From the IMG/VR virus record IMGVR_UViG_3300048855_000042, positions 1 through 48,308 of that record: a stretch of 48,308 nucleotides of DNA; one strand, given 5' to 3'. The notes under the pieces were generated by a model. The model was not told where the DNA came from. It was given only the letters and a program-made list of their open reading frames with translations, and did not search any database. Source of the stretch: a virus. Shown in pieces: positions 30,417 through 40,312 of the stretch (its first letter is position 1; each line of letters opens with the position of its first letter). Both the position numbers and the translations under genes were made by a program.

Positions 30417-33283
30417 GGGCCGACTTTCCTCGGAGGAACGGAGATCGTGATCGGGCCGTCCGGCTCGTTGTTCTCGCGGGCGACGTCCGTGCCCATGACG
30501 AGTTTCTGCAGACGGGAATTGGCGGCCGGGACGTCGAAATCCCGCGTCTTCCGGCCGAGCAGATACATCGCGACGTCGGGGTCCGTCGAAGCGAGCTCCA
30601 TGAGCCGCTGCACAGAGGCCTGGTTGTTCGGCAAGTTCGACGTCAGGAGACGGATCTTACGCATGACGCTGCCGCCTTCGAGGGCGCCGTAGTGCAGCCG
30701 GACGGCCATCTCCACCTTGCCCATGAAGCCCTGACCGAGACGCTCTGCCGTCTGCGATCCAGGGAGCGCCGCCTTGCCCATGTTCGTGAAGGACTTGAGC
30801 AGCTTGTGCGCCTGGCGCAGCGAGTTCATCTCCTCCGGGCTGAACACCTGCGAGAGCGCCTTCTCGTTGCGCTTCATCTCGTTGGTGAGCTTCGCGTAGG
30901 TCGTGGCGAAGGTGCTCGGGTCGCCACTGTCGGGCATCGTCGACGTGACGCGGTCATGAAGCGCGTCGGCCATGGCCGCTTTCCAGCCGGCGGCCGCCTT
31001 CGGGTTGGCCTTCACGAGCTCCGATATCTCGCGGATGGTGCCCTCCGGGTCGTCCGAGCTGAGCGCTCGCCGCGCGGCAATCTTCGGGTCGCGGCCGATC
31101 AGGAACCCCGTCGCGCTTTGGTCGATCTCGCGCTGCGTCTCGCCGATGGCGCGCTCGGCGTCGCGGAGGCGCGTCTTCGCTTTGGTCGAGAGCGTCTCGC
31201 CGCTGCGCGCGCTGGCGATGAGGTCGTTGACCTCTTTGCTCGCCTCCGGGAAGGCCGAGAGCGTCTCGGAATTCTTCCGTGCCCACGTCGACACGGCGCG
31301 CCAGTTCAACGTGCCGTTGCTGTTCAGGCCGACGGACGCGACCTCGCCGAGCAGCCGGTCGCGAACGGCCTGGTTGCCGGCTTGCGGGTTCGCCGACGCG
31401 CCGATCATCCGCCGGAGCGATGCGACCTTCTCCGGGCCCGCCAGGAAACGGTCGGCCGTCTCGCTCGGGGGCGGGTTGGCTCCGCGGTCGATCTCACGAG
31501 TGAAATTCGCCGCTTCGTCCGTCCGGCTCGGCCGATAGGTCTCGGCGAACTTGCGATAATTGGTGTTGGCCTCGGCATAGCCGGGCGCGCCCTCGATCGT
31601 CCGGTTGATCGCCTGCCGGAGGGTGCCGATGTTGTCGGCGAGGTCGAAGTTACCAGACCTCTGCGCCTGCTCGTAGGCCGTCGAGAGGTACTTGCGCACG
31701 TCGGCGACTTCGCCGCCCGTCACCGGACGGACGTTTCCGTCATCACCGACGAGGCCTTCGATCCTCTGAACGAACTCGGCCGGCAGCTGCTGAGCTTGCG
31801 GCCCGAGCGCATTGATATTCTCGCGGACGCGCTGCGCCGCTGCGCGCACGTCATCCGTCGGGACTTCCTCGACCCGGCCGGGCGCCTCGTCGAATTGGCG
31901 GTTCTTCTCCGTCCGGGCCGGGAGATAGCCCTCATCCACGATATTGGTGTGCAGCCGCCGGCTCGCATCGTTCTTGGCTGTCTGGCCCGCGAGCGGCGCG
32001 ACGGTAGCGGCTTGCTGCTGCCGGACCGCCTCGGCGTCGAGCGCCGCCTGTGCCGCATCATCCGCCTGCTGGCGAACGCCGGTCATGCGCTGGTTTGCCT
32101 GCTGCTCCGCGAGCTGTCGCGCCGCCATCGGGTCAGCGTCTTCGGGGCGGAGCGAACGGACCTTCTCGCCGGCGGCCGCTTTCACGGCCTCGTCGCGCGC
32201 GATGAACGGGGCGCGGTTGCCGGCGCGCTGACGCGCCTCGAGCCCGGCGAGGCCGATGTTGTCGGATGTCAGGCCCGTGGTCGGAACCGGCAGGTTCTCG
32301 GCGCGCAGCTCGTTCACGCGTTCCTGGATGTTCTGGCGGGCGGCCTCGGGGAGGGCCTCGGCTTCCGCCTTGGTCGTGGCTTGCGCGGCGGCCGCGCTCT
32401 GATATTGGCGCGCCGCCTGCTCCGTCTCGGCCTTCGAGAAGGTGTTCCCCGTCAGCGGGTCGAAGCCGACATTCGGATCGGTCACGCGCCGCTTGACGGC
32501 GTCAGCGACCATGCGCGGGATACCCTGCCCGATCTCGGAGAGCGTCACGCCGCCGACGCCACCTGCGAGCGGCGCCAAGATCGTGGCTGCCGTCTTCATC
32601 GGCCCGTCGGGGATGTCGTTGGCCGCTTCGGTCGCGACCTGCGCGCCCGCGCCGCCGGCGACGTCACCGATGACGGGGCGGACGGACCCGCTGGTGTAAG
32701 GCTTCACCAGCGCGTCGAGGACATTCGGATTTGCGCGGGCGCCGAGTGCTTCCTTGGCGACAAGGGCCGGAGCGCGCGCGGCGAGCGCGGCCGAGCCAAC
32801 GCCAGCCGCCGTCCCGCCTCGCTCTATATCGTACAAGACATTCTGCGCGGCCGGCATCTCGTTGCGATCGACCAAGGGCACGCCAGCCGCCTCGGCGGCG
32901 CTGCTCGCGGCCGATTTGATCGCGTTGCTGCCGACGGGGCTCTCGCCGAAGCGGAAGTCGATCTTCGGGCCGCCCACGACGCCGCTGGCGCCGCTCGCTA
33001 TGGACAGGAGCGCATTAGCGGCAAAATTGGCGAGATCACCGGGCGCGCCGGCCACGTCAGCGAGGCCGCGACCAACGGCCTGCGTCCCGTACGCAAGCGA
33101 CTTGCCGGGATGGTTGAAGAAGCCCGGCTCCTCCGGCGGCTGCACGGGGGCCTCGGCCGGAGGCGCAGCTGGCGCAGCGGACGCAGCCCCGGCGAACGGG
33201 TCGTGATCGACCGGCACGAACGCGCCGGCCGGCGCCGGGGGCGCAGCCGCGAAGGGATCGTTGTCAACGGGTACTAGCGGCAT
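30413..33283 (-). CDS. Large internal virion / ejection protein (gp16-position), 956 aa
   Basis: ORF-track 30413..33565 trimmed to ATG 33283 (MPLVPVDNDPF), because the upstream 94 codons are R/S/T-rich and overlap the preceding gene. Confidence 0.8.
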   Translation of the reverse strand: MPLVPVDNDPFAAAPPAPAGAFVPVDHDPFAGAASAAPAAPPAEAPVQPPEEPGFFNHPGKSLAYGTQAVGRGLADVAGAPGDLANFAANALLSIASGASGVVGGPKIDFRFGESPVGSNAIKSAASSAAEAAGVPLVDRNEMPAAQNVLYDIERGGTAAGVGSAALAARAPALVAKEALGARANPNVLDALVKPYTSGSVRPVIGDVAGGAGAQVATEAANDIPDGPMKTAATILAPLAGGVGGVTLSEIGQGIPRMVADAVKRRVTDPNVGFDPLTGNTFSKAETEQAARQYQSAAAAQATTKAEAEALPEAARQNIQERVNELRAENLPVPTTGLTSDNIGLAGLEARQRAGNRAPFIARDEAVKAAAGEKVRSLRPEDADPMAARQLAEQQANQRMTGVRQQADDAAQAALDAEAVRQQQAATVAPLAGQTAKNDASRRLHTNIVDEGYLPARTEKNRQFDEAPGRVEEVPTDDVRAAAQRVRENINALGPQAQQLPAEFVQRIEGLVGDDGNVRPVTGGEVADVRKYLSTAYEQAQRSGNFDLADNIGTLRQAINRTIEGAPGYAEANTNYRKFAETYRPSRTDEAANFTREIDRGANPPPSETADRFLAGPEKVASLRRMIGASANPQAGNQAVRDRLLGEVASVGLNSNGTLNWRAVSTWARKNSETLSAFPEASKEVNDLIASARSGETLSTKAKTRLRDAERAIGETQREIDQSATGFLIGRDPKIAARRALSSDDPEGTIREISELVKANPKAAAGWKAAMADALHDRVTSTMPDSGDPSTFATTYAKLTNEMKRNEKALSQVFSPEEMNSLRQAHKLLKSFTNMGKAALPGSQTAERLGQGFMGKVEMAVRLHYGALEGGSVMRKIRLLTSNLPNNQASVQRLMELASTDPDVAMYLLGRKTRDFDVPAANSRLQKLVMGTDVARENNEPDGPITISVPPRKVGP

Positions 33284-34742
33284 CGGGCACCCACTGCATG
33301 TACTTGCCCGGCCTGTTCGGGTCCGCGACGTAGTAGTTGCCGTCCGGCGCCTGCCGCGCCTCGGGAGGAGGCTGAGACGCGGCAGGCGGTCCCGCCGGAG
33401 AGGGAGGGGCTCCCGCGGGAAGGGTTTGCGCGGGCGCCGGAGCCGCGAGCGGCTGACCCTGCGCTTGCGCGTTGACCTGTTGGTTGAGGCCGAGAAGCTC
33501 CTCGGCGGCGTCGAGCTTCGCGTTGAGCTGGTCCGGGTTGGCGAAGAAGCTGCGCGGATCGCCAAGCAAGCTCTTGAAACGGATGATGTCGCGATCCGTC
33601 ACACTGCGACCGGACTGGTTCGCGAGCGCCTCCGCGCCCGAATAGACCATCATGTCGTAAGCGGTTTCGAGCTTGGGCAACCGCGGGTCGAAGTTGAAGA
33701 GACCGCTGACCGTACTTGGATCGACGCCATTCGCCGTCGCCTTCCGCTGCATGTCAGAGATGGCTTCATTGAGGCCGCTGTAATTGAGCCCTTGAGCAAG
33801 CCCTGTCGCGAGCTGCGACGCGTCTTGCGCGAAACCCTTCACGATGCCGGGCGCGCCGACATTGCTCGGAGTGATGAGCTTCCTTGCGTAGCCGATGACA
33901 TTGCGGAACTTCTGGGCCGCGATGTCCTGGTCGACGAGCTTGCTCCGCACAGTCGACGGGAGGCCGACATCCTGGGCCGTCCCTTGCGCGTTCGCGATGA
34001 AGCCGCCGCCCGGCAACGGCTGCTGAGTGCGCGCGTCCGTGACGCCGTCATAGGTGATGTGGACGGACCCATCCGGCGCCCGGTAGTTCTTCGGCGCCTG
34101 GCCCGTCCCGCCGTCCGCGCCGAGATAACGCTGCTCCGGCGCCGGCAGAGCCCCGAAGTTGCCGAAATTCGCGCCGGCGTAGCCGCCCTTGACCTTGTTG
34201 TCCTCGACGAGCGGGACTTGGCCGGCATACTGGCCCTGCGGCACGAGCGCCGGCCTGCCACCGTCGCCGATGACAGGAATGAGCTTCGAGCCCGTCTCGT
34301 AGCGGAGCCGATCCATCGCGCCGGCGTTAGCCGTCGCGCTCGCTTCACGCGCCCGCAAGATCGTGTTCTGTTGATCGGTCTGGAATGCCGGAGCCGTCGA
34401 GCTGTACGAGCCGCCAGCACCGACGACCGCGTTCGTCGTGCGCGGGTCCGTCGCGCCATAGCGATTTGCGGAAAAGGTCCGCACGAGGTCGCCGATCTGC
34501 GACACGGGTGTGCCGGCGTCGACCGCCGATCCGACGATCGCGCCCAACGCCGGATGATCCGAATTCAGGCCATAATTCGTCGCGAGGTTTTGGCTGAGCT
34601 CGTCTCGGCCTCGCACCTGTTCAGCAAGAAGCTGCTCTTTCTGGCGCTGCACGTCCGACTTATCGGCGGACATGAGCGTCTGAACCAGTCCGTAGGCGGC
34701 CTGACCGATCGGCGATCGAGCTGGGTAGCGGGTGGTGGGCAT
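33264..34742 (-). CDS. Internal virion protein (gp15-position), 492 aa
   Basis: ORF in a conserved podovirus position. No enzymatic motif seen. Confidence 0.75.
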   Translation of the reverse strand: MPTTRYPARSPIGQAAYGLVQTLMSADKSDVQRQKEQLLAEQVRGRDELSQNLATNYGLNSDHPALGAIVGSAVDAGTPVSQIGDLVRTFSANRYGATDPRTTNAVVGAGGSYSSTAPAFQTDQQNTILRAREASATANAGAMDRLRYETGSKLIPVIGDGGRPALVPQGQYAGQVPLVEDNKVKGGYAGANFGNFGALPAPEQRYLGADGGTGQAPKNYRAPDGSVHITYDGVTDARTQQPLPGGGFIANAQGTAQDVGLPSTVRSKLVDQDIAAQKFRNVIGYARKLITPSNVGAPGIVKGFAQDASQLATGLAQGLNYSGLNEAISDMQRKATANGVDPSTVSGLFNFDPRLPKLETAYDMMVYSGAEALANQSGRSVTDRDIIRFKSLLGDPRSFFANPDQLNAKLDAAEELLGLNQQVNAQAQGQPLAAPAPAQTLPAGAPPSPAGPPAASQPPPEARQAPDGNYYVADPNRPGKYMQWVPDAASTR

Positions 34743-35374
34743 CAGAAGAGCTTCCCTCGACCTGCGCCGTACGCCGCCAACATGCCGGCCGCGCCCAGAA
34801 GGTCGCCGAGACCGGTCGACGGCTTTTTCGCCCCGTTCACCGCCGACTGCAGGCGGCCGGGGTAGAGGGACCCCGTCAGCTGCGAATTCCCGAGGATCGG
34901 CGACAGCTCACGCTGCCCGGCCGCGAGCGCCAGATTGTCGTTCACGCCCATGCCGGAATACCCGGACAACGCCCCGAGGTTCGACGCGAACTGCTTTCCC
35001 TTCGCGGCGGCGTTCGACATGCTCCGCGCGATGTCGGAGCCGATCACGCTGTTCTGTGCGCCCGTCAACGGTGTCCCGGTGGCGATCGCTGGCGAGCTGT
35101 CGATCGCTTGCTCCGCCGCTTGGGTGCGCTGGCCCGTCTCCTGAGCTTGCTTCTGGGCCTGCTGCTCCGGGGCGAAGTTGCCGACCGTCTGTTTAAGCGC
35201 GGCCTGCGCTTGGTCCTGGTACTGCTTCTGCCGGTCCATCTCCTGCTGCATGGCGTAGCTGGTCGCGCGAGCCTGCGCGGCCTGTGAGCGGCCCTGCTCC
35301 TTCGAGTTTACGACCGCGCCGCCGGCAGCGAGGACGCCCGACGCGAGAAGGGGGAGTGCGACTTCGAGGCCCAT
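34742..35374 (-). CDS. Internal virion protein with N- and C-terminal hydrophobic segments, 210 aa
   Basis: MGLEVALPLLASGVLAAGGAVV...LLGAAGMLAAYGAG. Gln-rich centre. Confidence 0.7.
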   Translation of the reverse strand: MGLEVALPLLASGVLAAGGAVVNSKEQGRSQAAQARATSYAMQQEMDRQKQYQDQAQAALKQTVGNFAPEQQAQKQAQETGQRTQAAEQAIDSSPAIATGTPLTGAQNSVIGSDIARSMSNAAAKGKQFASNLGALSGYSGMGVNDNLALAAGQRELSPILGNSQLTGSLYPGRLQSAVNGAKKPSTGLGDLLGAAGMLAAYGAGRGKLF

Positions 35375-35375
35375 A

Positions 35376-36014
35376 TCAGTTCACCACTCGCGAAGGGCCG
35401 CCGATGCTCGCCGTCGCGCCCGGGCCGCCGCTTCCACCGGTGAGCGACGGTGCCGTCTTGCTCTTACCGGCTGTGAAGGCGCCGTAGTTCGACAGGAAGG
35501 ACGCGAAGATGTCGCCGAGCGGCGACGTGTTGAGCGGCGTATTGAGAGAGCCCGCGGCTGAGCCGGCCTGCGCCGCCGCACTCGACGGATCGGCGGCCGC
35601 CGAGTTCTGGCTGTAGAGCCCCGACATCGTGTTGGAGACTTGCTGCTTCCGCTGGTCGACAGAGTTCTGCGCTTCGTTCGCGATGCCCGTCCGCGCGCGG
35701 TTGAGCTCCTCGGTCAGCTTTCCGAGCGTGTCGCCATACGACGTGCTGTCGAGGTTCCCGCTATCGGCGAACTGGTAGGTCAGCTTCTTCCGAGCGTCTT
35801 GGTATTGGGTGTCGACCTGCGGCGTATAATAGTTCATGTAAGCATCGTAGAGACCGCTGTAGTAGGGGTCGTCGTACTGCTTGAACGCGCCGTCGATAGA
35901 TTGCTTGCCGGCTTCGATCGCGGCCTTGTGCTCGGCCTCTTTCTGGTCGGTCAACTGTTGCTGGTAAAGCGTCTGCTGAACAGCTGTCTTGTTGGAGGAC
36001 TTTCCAAAGCCCAT
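35376..36014 (-). CDS. Internal virion protein, 212 aa
   Basis: ORF-track start GTG 36026 trimmed to ATG 36014, with GGAG 6 nt upstream. Confidence 0.7.
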   Translation of the reverse strand: MGFGKSSNKTAVQQTLYQQQLTDQKEAEHKAAIEAGKQSIDGAFKQYDDPYYSGLYDAYMNYYTPQVDTQYQDARKKLTYQFADSGNLDSTSYGDTLGKLTEELNRARTGIANEAQNSVDQRKQQVSNTMSGLYSQNSAAADPSSAAAQAGSAAGSLNTPLNTSPLGDIFASFLSNYGAFTAGKSKTAPSLTGGSGGPGATASIGGPSRVVN

Positions 36015-36081
36015 CGCGCGCTCCACGTTTCATGGATGCCGGCGCGACGAATTCCGACCAGTACCGTCGTCTTTGCAGACT

Positions 36082-36546
36082 TTAACGCCTTTTGATCCAG
36101 CGGTAAACTAGAAAGTCTTCGCCGTTGATGCCGTAGGCGGCGCGGACGCTCTCGCGCTCGGCGCCAAGGAATTCCAACCACCGATGCGCGTCGTGGCGGT
36201 CGGCCAGGACTGTCGTCTCCAGCCGGTGGAGATTCATATTCTCCATGATTGCCGGCCACAGTCGCCGCTGCGTCCGGGCGAAAGACGTGGTGATCTCAGG
36301 GAGCTTCGACGTCGACAACAAAAAGGCGTGCCCGACGCCCGGATGGATCACGTAGCCGCCGACGACGGCCACCGGCTCGCCCGTGTCCAGATAGAAGCAC
36401 CAGCCGACCCGATTGAGCAGTTTCAGGAAGGATATGACCTGCTCGGCGTCGAACGGGTGAAGTGCCTCGATGTCGCGGACATCGTCGGGCTTGAGATGGT
36501 CGAGCACGTAGCGGAAGGGTTCGTCGTGCAGATCCCCGATCTTCAT
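36082..36546 (-). CDS. GNAT-fold-like / gp13-position virion protein, 154 aa
   Basis: ...HRLETTVLADRHDAHRWLEFLGAERES... resembles the C-terminal half of acetyltransferase folds. The assignment is weak. Confidence 0.6.
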   Translation of the reverse strand: MKIGDLHDEPFRYVLDHLKPDDVRDIEALHPFDAEQVISFLKLLNRVGWCFYLDTGEPVAVVGGYVIHPGVGHAFLLSTSKLPEITTSFARTQRRLWPAIMENMNLHRLETTVLADRHDAHRWLEFLGAERESVRAAYGINGEDFLVYRWIKRR

Positions 36547-38612
36547 TGCGGCGGCTCTGTTGACTTGTAGTGGAGCGCGAGCGACGAAATGCTCGCCTTG
36601 CCGCCGCGCGTGCAGCGCATCTCGAAGGCGAAAAGCGCCGTCATGCCGGGCGTCGTATTCGCCGGGAGATTATACGTCGTCCCGACGACCTTCCCGCCCT
36701 TGACGCGTTTCTGCTCATTGTTCGGGTCGACCAATATGTCGACGGCCCATTCGTTCTCGCAGGCCATGTCCAGGCCGTACAAGCGCTTGATGTCGGCCGG
36801 CCGCTGAGCCGACGCGAAGGGCAGACCGACCGTGATGGGCAGCTCGTCGTCCTCCGGGTATATGTCGCCCGTGCGGCCGCCATAGAGATAGATCTTCTCG
36901 TCGTCGCCGCGGGCGTAGACGTAGTTCTCGACCCGAACGAGGTCCTCGACCTCGAAGGGGAGCTCATAGGTGCTCCAGGCGCTGATACCGGGCGTCGGGA
37001 AATAGGAGAGCACGAATATCGTGTTGCTGATCCCGAGCCAGAACCGGCCCTCCTTCGGCTCGATCACGGACACGGCGCGCTGGGCGGCCGACCCGGGGAG
37101 GGTCTTGAGGAAATCGCTGATATAGGTGTCGATTGCGGTCCCGACGTCTGACACGGCGGCCGTATCCGTCGCCATGCGGGCGCGGATCGAGCGCACGCCC
37201 GTCTCCGACAGGTAAAAGACGTCGGTGTTGCCGTAGGAGATCGCCGAGCGCGGCGCGATCGTGCCTGAATTCTCGATCGTCTGCACGAAGGCGTTGTTCG
37301 TGGGGTCCGTCGCCAGATCCCAGACGCGCCCGTAGTTGCGGCTGAAGATGACGGAGCGACCGTTATATTCGACCGCTGTCGTCAGGTCCTCCTGGCCGCC
37401 GTTCTGCGCTGACGTGTCGACCGCGCCGGCGTCATTGTCCTGGATCGTGTTTGCGGGGTTCCAGACACTCGGGTTGTTCAGCATGCAATAGCGGAGGAGC
37501 GTCCGCGATGTGCTCCAAACACGGGTTTTGAAGGTCCAACATGTCAGCCCCGTTCCGGCGGCCCGGCCCGTCGCCGGGAAGGCCGCGCCGTTCAGCGTCA
37601 CCGTGTAGGCGTCCGTCGCGGTGAACGTCCCTCCGAAGTCGACGCGAACGATCTGCTCCTGAGGCGCCACATACGAGACGCCGCCGGTGAACGTGGCCGA
37701 ATGCGTCGTCTGGATCTCGGTGCCGGCGACAACCGTCAAAGCGGTTCCGTTGGCGGTCGCGCCGATGCCGGGGGCCGGCCGGATCGTGACGATGGCGCCG
37801 GCGACGGTGGCGTCGTAGCCCGTCGTGGAAGCGCGCGCCGTTATCGCGGCTTGCAGCCGCGCAGCCGTCGCCTCGTTGGTCGAGCGCCACGGGAGCGGGG
37901 CGGCGATCAATTCGGTCGCGCCGGCTTTGACGGACGAGATCGAATTGTCCGTGCCATCGATCCCGCCCGCGATGGTGATTGTCGCCGTCGCACGGGCCTC
38001 CTGCACTTCGCTGATGTTCGGTTGGACGACAGTCGCGGTGATCGTCCCGGAGCCCGAGCCGGCCACGGTGAGCGTGAACGGGACGCCAGGCTCTTTCGCC
38101 GTCACATAGAAGGTCTGGCCGGCCGCATTCGTGAGGACGGTCTGGTCGGCGTCGACGAGCGACGCCATGAACGCCGCCAGCGCGGAGAAGCTCGTGTTCG
38201 CATCCGCGACCGCGTCCCAGTCCGTCACGCGGGCGCCGTCATAATAGTGGCTGATGTCGCCATTCGTGAATTGCGCGACGACATAGAGCTTGCTGCGAAA
38301 CACCGTGTAGTCGAGCACCTGAGCGAGCGTCCCCGCGCCCGGCGGGGCCAGCTGCTGGTAATTGATCAACCCGCTCAGACCGGCCGGGCGCGCGCCGGCG
38401 CCAAAAACGTAGAGCTGCGAGCCAACAGCCGCGAGGCCCTTTGTCCCGGTCGGGAGGGTGAAGGTCGGCACGAACTTCAGACAGCGCTCGATATCGCCGC
38501 CGCGGCTGATGTGGGCGTTGGTCAGCGTCCAGCATGTGCCGGACGGGCCGGCCACACGCGGCCGCCGGCGATCGAGACCATTCTTGAAATTCTCGATCTG
38601 CAGATACGACAT
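36543..38612 (-). CDS. Tail tubular B / nozzle-like protein, 689 aa
   Basis: Size and position after the adaptor-like gene. MSYLQIENFKNGLDRRR... N-terminus is typical of podovirus nozzle proteins. Confidence 0.75.
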   Translation of the reverse strand: MSYLQIENFKNGLDRRRPRVAGPSGTCWTLTNAHISRGGDIERCLKFVPTFTLPTGTKGLAAVGSQLYVFGAGARPAGLSGLINYQQLAPPGAGTLAQVLDYTVFRSKLYVVAQFTNGDISHYYDGARVTDWDAVADANTSFSALAAFMASLVDADQTVLTNAAGQTFYVTAKEPGVPFTLTVAGSGSGTITATVVQPNISEVQEARATATITIAGGIDGTDNSISSVKAGATELIAAPLPWRSTNEATAARLQAAITARASTTGYDATVAGAIVTIRPAPGIGATANGTALTVVAGTEIQTTHSATFTGGVSYVAPQEQIVRVDFGGTFTATDAYTVTLNGAAFPATGRAAGTGLTCWTFKTRVWSTSRTLLRYCMLNNPSVWNPANTIQDNDAGAVDTSAQNGGQEDLTTAVEYNGRSVIFSRNYGRVWDLATDPTNNAFVQTIENSGTIAPRSAISYGNTDVFYLSETGVRSIRARMATDTAAVSDVGTAIDTYISDFLKTLPGSAAQRAVSVIEPKEGRFWLGISNTIFVLSYFPTPGISAWSTYELPFEVEDLVRVENYVYARGDDEKIYLYGGRTGDIYPEDDELPITVGLPFASAQRPADIKRLYGLDMACENEWAVDILVDPNNEQKRVKGGKVVGTTYNLPANTTPGMTALFAFEMRCTRGGKASISSLALHYKSTEPPQ

Positions 38613-39397
38613 CAGCCGCCGTTCCCGTTCCCCGACGGCTGCCCACCGGCGCCGCTCACGAAGACGATGGCGCGGTCGATGATGTCGCTGCGTCCGCCGC
38701 TGGCGCCGTATTGGCCGCGGCCCATCGTGTAAGTGACCTGATCTGACTTGGAGTTCGCCTTGAGGTCGTCGAAATACGACTGCGCCGCGGCCTGGACGTT
38801 CGGTGCGTCCTTGTCGTCTTGGCGCGCGAGGATCTCGGCGGCCGCGTACAGAACGATCAAATCGGCGTCGAGGAGCGCCCGGTCGTCGTCACTGATGAGC
38901 GGCGGCAACTTCCTGATCCCACGGAACTGGATCCGTTGCTCACTGGACGCTGGGATCGGCCAGACCTCCATCATCTCGCGTTGCGAGAGCGTGTGGCCCG
39001 TGGCCTGGTCGAAGCCGAGATCGGGGACCTTGATATCCCACTTCCGGACGGGGTCTACCCGGACATCCCGCTCCGAATTGAACACCGTGTATTCGCGGAA
39101 ACTGATGCCGCGGGTGAGCGGCATGGGGATGTTGTTCCACCAGACCACGACCTGCTCGATGCGGTCGTAGTCTAGCTCATCGGGGAAATCGTACCATTGC
39201 TCCCCCTTGCTGAGCTGGATGTAGGGCTGAACCGTCCGAAACGGCCAGTCCCATGCGTTGTAGAGCGATTTCTGCCAGCGACGGAGCTTGCGCTTGAGCG
39301 CGGGGACGTCATCGTTGCCGACCGAGACATCCGGCGACCGCCCCACTTCTTCGCGGAGCATCTCGACGAGTTCGCGCAACTGCGTCCCGCGTGACAT
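38612..39397 (-). CDS. Adaptor / tail tubular A-like protein, 261 aa
   Basis: Assigned by position. Gly-rich C-terminus. Confidence 0.7.
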   Translation of the reverse strand: MSRGTQLRELVEMLREEVGRSPDVSVGNDDVPALKRKLRRWQKSLYNAWDWPFRTVQPYIQLSKGEQWYDFPDELDYDRIEQVVVWWNNIPMPLTRGISFREYTVFNSERDVRVDPVRKWDIKVPDLGFDQATGHTLSQREMMEVWPIPASSEQRIQFRGIRKLPPLISDDDRALLDADLIVLYAAAEILARQDDKDAPNVQAAAQSYFDDLKANSKSDQVTYTMGRGQYGASGGRSDIIDRAIVFVSGAGGQPSGNGNGG

Positions 39398-39801
39398 CAG
39401 CGCATGTCCTCAGCTTCGATCTCTTCGGGCACTTCCGTCTCCGGCAAGCCGGCGGCCTCGGCGCGCTTCTTCCGTTCGGCCTTCTTGGCTTTGAACTTGC
39501 CCTCGAAGCCGGGGACAGCCTTCGGCAGGGCGTGAAAGCTGGCGCCGAACACGGTCTTGATCGCGTCGACGGCGCGGCCGCCCTGACGGGCACGGGCGTA
39601 GCGATCGCGGATCTTCTGCCGGATCTCGGCCTCGTTGACGTCGTCCTTCTCGTCGACGACCTCCTCGACGACCACGTTCCGGTCGCCATGGAGCTCCTTC
39701 AACACCAGCACTTCCGGAGCGGAAAGGTTGGTTTTGAGGACTTCCGTGAAGACCTGGCCGTCGTTCTGGGTGAAGCGGAGCTTGACGTTGTAGAACTGCA
39801 T
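39397..39801 (-). CDS. Hypothetical structural-module protein, 134 aa
   Basis: ORF. Lys/Glu-rich C-terminus. Confidence 0.7.
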   Translation of the reverse strand: MQFYNVKLRFTQNDGQVFTEVLKTNLSAPEVLVLKELHGDRNVVVEEVVDEKDDVNEAEIRQKIRDRYARARQGGRAVDAIKTVFGASFHALPKAVPGFEGKFKAKKAERKKRAEAAGLPETEVPEEIEAEDMR

Positions 39802-39851
39802 GAGCTGCTTTCAGCGGGTTGCCCCTCCCCGCACCCGGGGAGGGGTGGGGG

Positions 39852-40250
39852 TCAGACCAGCGGCGGCGCGTTCTTCTGGAGCGCGGCCACGACCTGGTTG
39901 AGCAGCGTCGCCACCTGCGGCAGCGTTGCCGTGGCCGGGTCAGCCAAAGGCACGAGCTGCTGCACGCCGCCGGCCGCGAGCTGGACCTCGAGGTCGATCT
40001 GGCTGCCGGCCGGGATCGACGTCTCGCCCTTGTAGGTGACGACGACGCTCGACGCGCCGAACACCGCGGAGATCCCGCCGCTGGTGATGTCGAAATAGGC
40101 CATGAGCCCACGAGCGAACATCGTGGCGGAGGTCGTCAGATAGTCCGCCAGCGCGAAGCCGGCGGGGTAGTTGAAGGTGATCGTTCCATTCTTGGCGACT
40201 GCAGCCGAAGAGACGGTGCGAAGGACTTGCTTGAACTGTCCGCTATCCAT
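39852..40250 (-). CDS. Possible capsid decoration / minor structural protein, 132 aa
   Basis: ORF-track 39852..40784 trimmed to ATG 40250, with GGAGG 8 nt upstream. Domain shared with the N-terminus of 28157-29392. Confidence 0.7.
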   Translation of the reverse strand: MDSGQFKQVLRTVSSAAVAKNGTITFNYPAGFALADYLTTSATMFARGLMAYFDITSGGISAVFGASSVVVTYKGETSIPAGSQIDLEVQLAAGGVQQLVPLADPATATLPQVATLLNQVVAALQKNAPPLV

Positions 40251-40284
40251 GGTTAGGGCCTCCTGCCCCTGAGAATGAGGAAGA

Positions 40285-40302
40285 GGCGCCCCGGAGGGCG
40301 CC
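40285..40302 (-). terminator. Post-capsid stem-loop (attenuator-like)
   Basis: GGCGCCC-CGGA-GGGCGCC, followed on the minus strand by UCUUCCUCAUUCUC. Confidence 0.4.
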
Positions 40303-40312
40303 CCCGAGGCCG

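Noticed and set aside
30692-33277. Very long plus-strand ORFs antisense to structural genes. Examples: 30692-33277 (861 aa), 33261-34865, 42501-44423, 335-1201 and 1687-3165.
   Set aside because: Their translations are Arg/Gly/Ala/Leu-rich with no motifs. They lie opposite ORFs with clear domains. Stop-poor antisense frames are expected in high-G+C DNA.
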